Shown here piece by piece: positions 1-10,900 of a stretch of DNA of 64,000 bases (position 1 is the stretch's first letter; each line of letters begins with the position of its first letter). The DNA is from Azolla caroliniana (Eukaryota; Plantae; Polypodiophyta), in contig JBHGNT010000013.1 of NCBI GenBank assembly GCA_043228905.1, positions 1,054,001 through 1,118,000 on the forward strand, given 5' to 3'. A program made the position numbers and the translations under genes. The notes under the pieces were generated by a model. It made no database searches. It was not told the origin of the DNA and saw only the letters and a list, made by a program, of their open reading frames with translations.

Positions 1-707
1 CCCACAACTACTAAACCGGCTTCCATCCAGTTTTAACATTGGAGATCGGGTATGGCTACTACGACGACACATCAAGATTACTGGAACCCCAGAGTTACCC
101 ACAAATCCTTGCGCAGAGGATCATTTGGAGCGGTTACGCAAGATACAAACGGATTTATCTACTCATCTACAACAAGCTCAACAAACACACAAGGTTTATG
201 CAGATCGTCATCGGCTTCTATCCAGTTTTAACATTGGAGATTGGGTATGGCTACTACAACAACACATCAAGACTACTGGCCCATGCAAGAAGTTGGATTA
301 TCGGCGATTAGGTCCTTTTCGTATTATCGAAAAAATTAATGATTTCGCTTTTTGTCTCGATTTACCTCCACAACTTCGGATACATCCGGTGTTTCATAGT
401 TCTCTCCTCAAACCCTATCAAGACAACACCATCCCAGGTCGTATTAAACAACCTCCACCCTCGATCGAACTTGAAGATGGACCTAAGTATGAGGTTGTCG
501 TCATCCTCGATTCCAAGATTGTTCGCAACAAGCTCTACTATTTAGTCGATTGGCTAGGATATAGTCCCAGCGAGCATACTTGGGAACCAATAGAGAATGT
601 GACCAATGCTTGTGCTCTTCTTGAAGACTTCCATCGTCAATATTCACACAAACCGGGTCCTCAATCCAAAACAACTCGTGACACTCTTCGTTTTGAAGGG
701 GGGATAG
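1..707 (+). mobile_element. Ty3/gypsy chromovirus (Tcn1-like), 3' end of pol: integrase C-terminus plus chromodomain, followed by PPT
   Basis: ORF 125-715 has a GPY/F motif (RLGPFRII...HPVFHSSLLKPY) and a chromodomain (YEVVVILDSK...YYLVDWLGYSPSEHTWEP). PPT GAAGGGGGGATAG at 695-707 is followed by TGTCA. Confidence 0.92.
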
Positions 708-1003
708 TGTCATGATAGGGCAAGACTCGAACCTGTGACCTTATGTTACATGGGTCGAGCTCTTGACCATTAGACTATATGTTGTAAGACGAAGGATATT
801 ATTTTCATTTAAGTTTTACTATAGAAAATTGATGTATATTCCAGATTTCTCTGGAACATTCTAGAAACTTCAGGAGTACTCCTGAGAACACTATAAAAGG
901 AGGCACAAGGCATTATTCCAAACCAAATTGGTTTAAGGCCAGTCTTAAGCCTCCTAGCTACTATTGTATATTCTCTTAACATAATATATATCTTTCGTTA
1001 TCA

Positions 1004-1048
<45 letters not shown>

Positions 1049-1103
1049 TCCTTCTCTCGAGAGTTCTACACCTCCCTTAGTACTAATCCTCATCTTTTAG
1101 TAC
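708..1103 (+). repeat. 3' LTR of the Tcn1-like chromovirus, truncated at its 3' end
   Basis: Starts TGTCATGATA right after the PPT. Has a TATA box near 892, a (CT)n tract and TAGTACTA motifs. Homologous (reverse complement) to the LTR at 62446-62872. Confidence 0.85.
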
Positions 1104-4100
1104 GTATAGAATGCTCACCTCCAATGACCAGATCATCCATGTATAGAATGATGACAATTGGATTTTCAGAGTTGTTTCATACGTCGAGGGAGTTATCAAA
1201 TTTCGACATTCGAAAGCCGATTCGATGAAGATATTGTGTTATCTTCGAGTGCCAAGCACACGGTGCTTGCTTAAGGTCGTAGAGTGGCTTCTTCAGTCGG
1301 CAGACTACTTTCAAATGGATGCTCGATTCGAAGCCGGGTGGTTGTACCATGTACACCTCCTCTTCTAATTCGCCTTGAAGAAAGGCGTTCTTTACGTCCA
1401 TTTGATGGAGGTCCCACCCTTTCACCGCTACAATTGCAATTATGGTCCACACAATCATCATCTTTGCCATCGGGGCAAAGGTCTCTTCATAATCGACTCC
1501 ATATGTTTGTCTATATCCTTTGGCTACGAGTCGAGCTTCGTAGCGGTTGAGAGAACTGTCGGCATTATACTTCACCTTGTAAATCCATCTGTAGCCGATT
1601 GCCTTCTTGTGCGATGCAGTGCAGCATTATACTTTATCTTGTCAATCCATGATGTCGATTCATCAAAGACTACATCTCGACTCACATGAACCTTCCGAGT
1701 TGAGGGGTTATAGCACCTATACCCCTTTTGCTCCAGTGAGTATCCTACAATGATACATTTCTCCGACTTTGGGTCGAGCTTTTATCGCTTCTCATCGGGG
1801 ATGTGCACGTATGCAATGGAGCTGAATATCTGAACATGTGATAGATCTGGATTCTTTCTGAAAAACTTATTATGCAGGGTAACTTCATGCACACTGGTTC
1901 ATTAGGTAATGGTTGTGTTGGCAGCTTCTGCCCAATACGACTTTCACATGTGCTTCTCGTTAAGCATGGCCGGTGCTACTTCGAGGATGTGCCGATTCTT
2001 TCGTTCGGCTGCTCTGTTCTGTTGTGGCGTATGTCGACACGAAAACTCTCGCCGAATTCCTTCTTTTTGAAGAAAAGCAGAAAATTCGTCGGAGAAGTAC
2101 TCTTTTTCTCCATCGAACCGAAGACATCATACATTTTGACCTGTTTCCTTTTCGACTCCACTCTTGAATTTTTGGAATTGTCAGAACACTTCGTTGTTTT
2201 GCCTCATGGGGTAGATCTAGGTGTGCCTGGAGAAGTCGTCGATGAAGGCCACGTAGTATCAACATCCACAAAATGTTGTCGTTTGTGTTGGTCCCCATAC
2301 ATCAGAATGAATTACGTTGAGTATGCCTTTGCTCACGTTCCTTTCCTTCAAAAACGGGTGCTGATGTTGCTTGCCGAATTGGCAGGTTGCACCTACACCT
2401 TCAATCTCTTTCTCTTTGAAGGTCGGAAGTCCAATGATGAATCCTTTTGATTGCATTGCCTTGAGTTTTTGGAGGTTTATGTAGCCAATCCGCTCGTGCC
2501 ACAACTCTATGTCGGTGTTGGCTTTGGCGCTTTGCAAACATGATCGATTTCATCTCGTGCAAGTCGAGAATGAACATTCTGCCCTCTCTTTGTCCGTGAG
2601 CGATGAGTCGACCCTCTTTCTCAATGAAGCAACCGCCTTGATTAAATCGAACTTGCATCCCTTTCTCAACAATTTGCCCGACAGAGACCAAATTCTTCGT
2701 AATGGTTGGTACATGCAAGACATTCTTAATGTAAGTTTGGTTACCTTCTTTTCCGAATGGAACATTGCCGATGTGCCAAATTGGATGAGTAGTGTCGTCT
2801 CCGGTTTCGACATAGCCGGGTCGATACGACTCTCGAAGGTCTCGGAACCATTCTTGATGAGACGTCATATGGTTCAACTTCGAAGCACCAGAATCGACGA
2901 ACCATACATCTTCCGAGCCGGAGGCACTAGTCAAAGTAGAGGCCAACATAGAATTTGCTCTATGTCTCATCACGAACATTCCACCATGGTCATCATAGTC
3001 GGAATTTGTGGCGTAGTTGGTTAGTTGTCAGCTTGTGGAAGTTGACTCGCACTTCTTATTTCAACACTATTCTTCATGGTGGCCGATTTTACCACAATAT
3101 CTGTATTCGATCGAGGTTTGTCAGTTCGGGCCGGAATGGAAGCTCCCCCTTATTCCGAAGGTTCCTCGATGGCTTCCGTCTTATTGTCGAACTTGGGAGT
3201 TGTTTTTGTAAGTCAGACCTCGTTCGCCTCGTCCTTGGCCGAATCGGCCTCTTGCTTGGACACGTCCTCTTCCTTCGTTCGAATGTGTGTAGAGCATGTG
3301 GCCTTCTGAGGCATTGATCCTCGTTCGAACATGGTTTTCTTTAATCACAACATGGATTGAAGATCGAAGAAAGAGGGAGGATTCTCTTGTGTTAGTACAA
3401 CGGTCCTCGTCGCGCAGAACCGTGGTGCAAGGCCGTTGAGGCATATTTGCACCATCTCATCATCCTCCACATTGACACTTATTGAGTTGAGCAAGTCACA
3501 AAGCTCCTTGATCTTCAAGGTGTACCTCGTGATGGACATGTCTCTTTGTTGAATGTTGTTCAACTCTTGGCGGATTTTAAGGTTTCGTGTCATCTTGTTG
3601 GCGGTGAATATCCTCTTGAGATTCTCCCATGCTTCCTTCGGCGTCCCAACTTCTCGAATGTAGCCAACCATGTGGTCATGAACACATGTCGCCAAGCAAT
3701 ACATCACTCGACTTGCCGATTGCTCCCATGTTGGGTAGTCGGCATCTTTCGGGTCGGGCCGATTTCCTTGTGCTCCTTTGATGTAGCTCCAATATCTTTG
3801 ACCAACAAGGTATTTGTGCATCTTGTACTCCCGCGATGCAAAGTTGTTTCTACCCAACTTCTCGTTAGGGAGAGCGCTCCCCATTTAAGTATTCATTGTC
3901 GATGAAGATTTCCTTCTTCTTTTCCTTCTCTCTTGAACACAAGCTATGTAGTCGCACTACGATAGAGATGAGCTAGTTCTTCTTGAACGTCGGCGCATGA
4001 CACAACACACACGGAAGAGCTAGATCGAGCTACCAAATCGCTCTGATACCATGTAAAGAATCAAATATGATTCTTGTGTTGTGGAAGAGATGTGTGTTAT

Positions 4101-4796
4101 GTGTATGTGTGAGAGGAAAGAGATGAGAGAAGTGAACACACAAGATAAATAGACGGAAAAAAAAATGAAGCACTCAAGAATAAGGTGTATATTAACAAGG
4201 AGAATAGCAAATGGATCTTGATTTCATCTAATGCATCGCGCCTAGGGAGTTGAAGAGAGATAATCCATCAAGTTGTTTGCAAGGGCCAGGCCGATTCTCT
4301 TCCCCGAGGATACGCATTGGATTGAGTAGCCTCGGGAGAGCCGCCAACTCCAACTACCTACCCCTAAAAAAGAAAAAGAAAAAAATTTAAATAGTTTGAT
4401 ATAAAAATTGAATTTACATGAATATATAAATATTCAGAAAAAGATCTCTCTATATATTTCCATGTTTTACTCATACAAAATCAGCCACACAAACGAAGTT
4501 CCAATAGATTGTCACAACCAACACTCTATGAAGTAGGAGGGTGCTTTATATAAAGTCAGTCTCTCTCTTCATTAGCTCACTACAATGTCCACTCTCTCTC
4601 TAGAACCTTGAGGAATGTGAAGAATCATTAGTCATGGGGAATATGGAACTCATTAGTTATGTGTCATAGAATATGATTCTATGACACATAGTTAATGTGT
4701 AGAGAGTAGTGGTGTGACTTTTGACCTTTGAGTGCGCATAGATTCTCAAAGGGTGTATTCACACACACAACGTTAGGTTGAGCTTGATTCTCAACA
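1104..4796 (-). mobile_element. Degenerate Ty1/copia element (Copia-A): 5' LTR, PBS, gag, protease, integrase and RT fragments; 3' end lost
   Basis: LTR 4052-4796 (TG...CA); PBS TGGTATCAGAGC (tRNA-iMet) at 4040-4051. Fragments: gag 3345-3884, protease WFVDSGAS, GAG-pre-integrase WHERIG..CATCQFGKQ, RT ARLVAKGY / QMDVKNAFLQG. Many frameshifts and internal deletions. Confidence 0.9.
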
Positions 4797-5250
4797 TTTC
4801 TGAATAATAATAATATAAAAGTATATTTTTTAATTAAAATAAGTGGGTGTAATGATTAGAGTGTAAGACCCTTGTTTAAAGGCTACAAGTTCAAATCTTT
4901 GGTCAGTTCTTTTGTGTTAGTTCTGTGTGGGGCAAAACAACTTTTGAGTAACTCCTGATGAACTTACAGTAGAAATTTGCGAATTCCAAAAAACATTGTA
5001 GATCGCAAATTGAGCCTGGTCTTCCAATCTATAATCGTTTGTACTTTCTTTGGATGCATAGAAATACCTTCCGGAGAGACCATATATCCTAGAAATTCCA
5101 CTTGATTGCGGTCAAAGCAACACTTTGGCATAAAGACCAAATTCCCGTAATCATTGCAAAACTTGTCGAACATGGTTATCATGTTCTTCTTGTTTCTTTG
5201 AGTAGATTAGTATGCCATCCAAGTAAATTATTGTGAAGATATCAAGGAAA
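4797..5250 (-). mobile_element. Ty3/gypsy RT fragment plus LTR scrap; distal part of the element at 21454-23100
   Basis: Minus strand encodes [20 protein letters not shown] and [28 protein letters not shown]. 4797-4900 resembles the LTR segment at 23007-23085. Confidence 0.8.
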
Positions 5251-5870
5251 TGAGTGGCTAGTGGCTAGTGTGCAACTCGACCATATGGGTCGATAAGGTG
5301 TTAATCTAGGAAACCGTAGCTGTGTAGGACACAATGGTTTTAGGAAAGAGCAAAATAGGTAATAGGATTGGCTAATCAAGTCAACTAGAATATTTTGTGG
5401 GCAAGTTACAATGTACTTAGTCTTGAAGTATGTGCCATTGACTTCAAGATAAGTACTATCTAGCACTAGCCTATATCTAGGGAGTTGGGTCATATTAAAT
5501 GACAAGTCAGTTGATAAAGCAATATCTCCACTACTATCAATTGACATGCACATTTAATGTTACACTCAGACCAAATAGAGAATATAATCCACTCTCTTAC
5601 ATTGTGGTGTATTGATCATCAGTCCCCACTAATTTTGTAGTGAGTTGGTCCAGATCCCATCTAAGCTCTAAGGTGTGAGCGCATGGGTGAACTACCATTG
5701 TGAGCTACTCTCATATGTAATAGAAGTTTTGTTTTCATATATATATATCTGTGGTTGTAACTCTATATACCTATCTAATCAATTCTCAATATTTCTAATA
5801 TGGTATTAGAGCAAAGAGGTTGATCTAGATTAGGTATATACGCGTAGTTGTAGTCTAGCAGCACAGAGAA

Positions 5871-5905
<35 letters not shown>

Positions 5906-7927
5906 TTGTCCACAAATGTTGCAGTTGCTCCATCGTGTATTCGTCCACCTCCATTGTTTGATGGAAAGCTAGATGGAACCAACTACACTCTATGGAAGCT
6001 CAAAATATCTGCCATTTTGGACTCCTACGAGTTGTTGGAGACACTCATGGGACCCACAGGAGGAGACCTTGAGCCCATGGTGACCTTTGACCCTACACAC
6101 CCTACCACATCAATCCCTCCAAATGCCGATCTACTTCGAACCTGGAAGAGAAGGAATGTTGATGCGTTGTGTACCATAGTTGTTGGTGTATGTGACTCTG
6201 TACTAACATTAGTGCAACATACAACCAGGGCACATGAAGCTTGAAACATATTGGCCAGCCAATATGAAACTAGAAACTATACAAGGATACAAAACCTCGA
6301 AAATCAGCTTGCTGCAGAGAAGCTTGCTAATGGAGAGAAAGTAGAATCCTTTGTAAAAAGGATTAAGGATCTTCAAGATCAGTTGGCAGCTGTTGGAGTA
6401 GTTGTCTCTCCAGAGGATATGGCTCATCGGTGCATTCGAGTACTTCCTTCCAAGTATGATGGCATTGTAACAACATTTAACACTCAGGTTTGACCCACTC
6501 CTTTAAAATTTGATGAACTAAGTGCAATGTTGCTTGAAGAGGAGCTTCGGCTGAAGACAAGAGAAGGAAGGGAAGATTCAGCATTTGTCTCTAGGACTAA
6601 GGGTAAGGGGCATCCAATTCAAACAATGTAAATAGGATACCAAAGAAGAAGAAGTTCAATGGATCGTGTTTCTACTGTGACAAGAAGGGTCACACAATCA
6701 AGGATTGTTAGAAGAAGATGGCAGATGAGAAGAATGGTTTTAGTAAGACTTCTTGGAGAGAACCTGAGTCCACCAACAATGTCGTAGATGAGCTTGAGTT
6801 ATGGGTCGCAACTGAAGAAGTGTGTTCTTCAATTGACACTCAAGTTATCGACTTCTCTTGGATTCTCGATAGTGGAGCATCTCGACATATGACCAGTAAT
6901 CGTGACTGGTACAACTCTTGGACACCTCTACAAGAACCGATCAATGTTGTGGTCGGGAACAATGCTCAATGTCTAGCCAAAGGAACCAAAACTATCTCCC
7001 TCAAAGCAACGACCGGCGGGACAAAGCATCTCTCTCAAGTGTTATACGTGCCAGATCTCAAGAAGAATCTATTTTCCATTTCTGCACTGACTGACAAGGT
7101 TCTTGATGTTCGATTCAAGAAGTCGGGTGCAGAAATAACAGATTCTGCTGGCAAGGTTGTAGGAATAGGGGTAAGGTGCAACAATCTTTATGAGCTGAGC
7201 GCGTTTACAATTTCTACTGACCACAACACAAGTACTAACACAAAGCAATGGCATGAGAGATTTGGGCATCTCAATGTTGTTGTGTTGAAGGAGATGAAGA
7301 AGTCAAATATGGTAGTTGGGTTGCCAACCCTAGTTGACTTAAGTCATGTTTGTGATGCTTGTATGATGGGCAAGCATCAAAGATCAGCCATTCCAAAAGA
7401 GAGTCAAAATCAGACAAAGGCTCCTCTACAACTAATACACATCGACCTCTTTGGAAAAATGGCGACTCTTGCAATAGGTGGATCTCTCTATTATATGCTA
7501 GTAGTCGATGACTTCAATAGAAAGATGTGGGTTTACTTCCTTTAGGAGAAGGTTGAAGCTTTTAAAATATTCAAAAGATGGCATAAGTTTGTCGAGCGGG
7601 AGTCCGGAAAGTTAGTGAAAGAGTTACGCTCTGATCGAGGTGGAGAATTCTTATCAATAGAATTCTGTGAGTATTGCAAAGAGCATGGAATTAAGCACCA
7701 ACTTACAACTGCCAACACCCCACAACAAAATGGCGTTGTCGAACGTCGAAACCGAACAGTTGTCGAGATGGCTAGGTGTATGTTGAAGGCACAAGCGCTG
7801 CCCGACCCATTTTGGGCTGAAGCAGTGAATACAACAGTTTACATCCTCAATCGGAGCTACACGAAGGCTTATTCAGGCAAGAAACCTTCAGTGTTGCACT
7901 TCAGAACCTTTGGGTGTATGTGCTACG

Positions 7928-10900
7928 TGTTGGGATATCGGTCCCTCCGGATGGGATGTCCGGAGATGAATGACGGCAAGCCCGGTTACGGCTACGGAGC
8001 CGGATGATGAAGACCCCGGCTACGGAGCCGGATGATGAAGACCCCGGCTACGGAGCCGGATGACGAATGTACCCGGAGAGAGAGAGATCCGGATGCGGGG
8101 ACATATTTGTGAATATGTTTGCCAAGGGCCCTTGAGGCTATATTTGTAAATAGCCCGAAAGTCATATGTGTATAAATATGACTTAGGGCAAACTGTTTGT
8201 TGTTGTTGCTCATTTTTATGTTTTCAGCCGAGAGAGCGAAGTGAGAGCAGCCGAGAGAGAGAGAGAGAGAGGAAGAGGACGACGCCTCTGTGTATTACCG
8301 CCGCCTGTGGCGAAGACAGTGAGCTCAAGGTTGTTGCCTTGTAGCTACACCTTTGTACATCTCTATTCATAGTGATAGTTGGAGTTTGAGGACTCCCGTG
8401 GTTTTTCCCATTTAGGGTTTTCCACGTAAAACACCCTGTGTACTCTTCTCTCTATTGTCTTCGTGCATTTTGTATTTTCCCGTTTTCTGTGATTTGATCC
8501 TATTCCTCGGTTCTGGCTGAGCACCGTGCGCAACAAATTGGTATCAGAGCACGGTAACACAGAAAATGGAAGGCGGTGGTAGTGGGCCTCCGGGCATGAT
8601 GGTTTTGAACTCACAGAACTACGCCGACTGGAAGATAAAGATGGAAGACCTTCTCATCGTCCGAGACCTGTACGAACCGATCGACAATGCCGAGATACCC
8701 AAGGGGGTAATAGAGTCAGAGTGGAAGCTCCTGAACCGGAAAGCCGTAGTGACGATCCGGCAATATGTCGATGTAAGCGTTCTACAACATGTGGCGAACG
8801 ACACCAACGCATATGAGATGTGGAAGAAGCTGTCGGGCCTCTACGAGAGGAAGAATGCGTTGAACCGGACCTCCCTGATGAGGAAGATAGTGAACCTCAA
8901 GTACCGGGACGGCGAAAATATGGTGGAACACGTGAGCACGTTCATGGGATTCGTGAACCAGCTTGCGGCGATCAAGTTCCCGTTGGAGGATGCAATGCAA
9001 GCCATCATTCTGATGTATACATTGCCGGAAAGCTGGGAGAACTTGGTGGTGACTATCAGCACCTCCTGCACCGAAGATAACTTGTCTCTACAAACGGTAA
9101 AGACAAGTATTCTAAATGAAGAAGCGCGTCGGAGAGATAAAGAACCGGCCACCGACTCGAAGGCGCTGCTTACCGAATCGGAACGGGGAAGACAATGGAA
9201 CCGGAGTCCGCAAAGACGGGAGAAGTCGGGGACCCGGTCGCAGTCAAGAGGAAGACCCACATGCTTCCACTGTGGGAAGCCGGGGCACTTCCGGAAGAAT
9301 TGTCGGCATTACTGAAAGGACAACGGAGCCGACGACACCGATTCGAAGAAGTCACCGGAGAGAAACGGTGCATACCGGGGAGCCACGGACCGGAGAGGTC
9401 CGGATCGGCGAGGGCAGGACCGGAAAGGAACGACAGCACTCGCGGCAAGTGAAGAAGAGATAATGCTCATTACCGAAGAGACAGAGTTGAACCTTGCCGG
9501 TGAAGAGATGACCTGGGTGGTCGATTCCGGAGCATCGTTCCACCTGACTCCGGAGAAGAAATACTTCTCATCCTACACAGCCGGTGAGCACGGCTGTGTC
9601 CGAATGGGAAATGAAGGTACATGCCGGATTGCCGGCATAGGAGACGTGTGGCTGATGACATCAACCGGATGCAAGATGCTGCTGAAGGATGTCCGACACG
9701 TTCCGGAGGTTCGATTGAACCTGATTTCGGCCGGGAGGCTAGACGATGAAGGCTACACGGGTAGCATCCGGAACGGTGTCATGAAGTTCAGCAAAGGGAG
9801 CCTGATAGTGGCTCGGGCCTGGAAGATCAACACACTGTACCTCATGAATTCCCGGCTATGTCCGGAGGAGCTGAACGTGGCAGCCGACACCGCCGGTGAG
9901 TTGTGGCACAAGAGACTGTGTCACATGAGTGAGAAGGGGATGAAGAGGCTTGCTGAAGACAACCTTATTCCAGTGAAGCATGTGCACCTGGAGAAGTGCA
10001 CCGATTGCCTGGCCGGTAAACAGAACCGATCCTCCTTCCACTCAAGGCCACCGACGAGACGTAGCGCACCATTGGAGTTGGTGCACACTGACGTGTGTCA
10101 AGTAGAAACGAAGTCACATGGTGGAGCCCAGTACTTCGTAACATTCATAGATGACCATAGCCGGAAGCTGTGGACGGCACCGTTGAAGACAAAGGACCAA
10201 GTATTGTCCGTCTTCAAAGAACTCCACGCGAGAGTGGAAAGGGAATCCGGCAAGGAGCTGAAAGCGATACGAGCGGATAACGGAGGGGAATACCGGGGGC
10301 AGTTTGAGGAGTACTGTCGCTCGAAGGGAATCCGGCTCGAGTTTACTGTGCCGAAGACGCCGGAACTGAACGGGTTGGCCGAGAGGATGAACCGGACCAT
10401 AATGGAGAGGGTCCGGAGTATGCTGGCGCATGCGAAATTACCCAAGGTTTTTTGGGCTGAGGCAATGTCGACGGCGACATATGTGATAAACCGATCACCC
10501 TCAGTACCTTTGGACGGAGACACGCCGCAGAGAGTGTGGACCAGTAGGGAAGTATCCTACCGGCATCTGAAGGTGTTCGGGTGTCTCGCATATGTGCATG
10601 TGGCAAAGGACCGGAGAGGAAAGCTAGATCCAAAGACCCGGCCATGCATATTCCTCGGTTACGGCGATGACGAGTTCGGCTACCGAGTATGGGACCCGGT
10701 CGACAAAAAGATATTCCGGAGTCGTGATATCATCTTCATGGAGGACAAGACACTCGCCGACTGGGAGTCGGAGAAGAAGATGAAGAGCTCCAAGTCGACC
10801 GGTGAGGATCAACTCTACGAGGAGCAGTCCCGACCGGCAAGGGACCGGTTAGCACTCGAGGATCCGGCCGAAGACGGTGAAGAAACAGAACCGGCCGAGG

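Noticed and set aside
20-280. About 65-bp segment present twice (near 20-85 and 215-280) in the gypsy integrase
   Set aside because: Small local duplication in a decayed element at the window edge, with no sign of function.
4297-4340. Strong hairpin in the Copia-A LTR
   Set aside because: No ribozyme or other recognisable motif; GC-rich hairpins are common in LTRs.
9313-9315. Programmed gag-pol stop-codon readthrough in Copia-C
   Set aside because: The sister element has Arg here, CGA>TGA is a common deamination change, and the context UGA-AAG is not a recognised readthrough signal.
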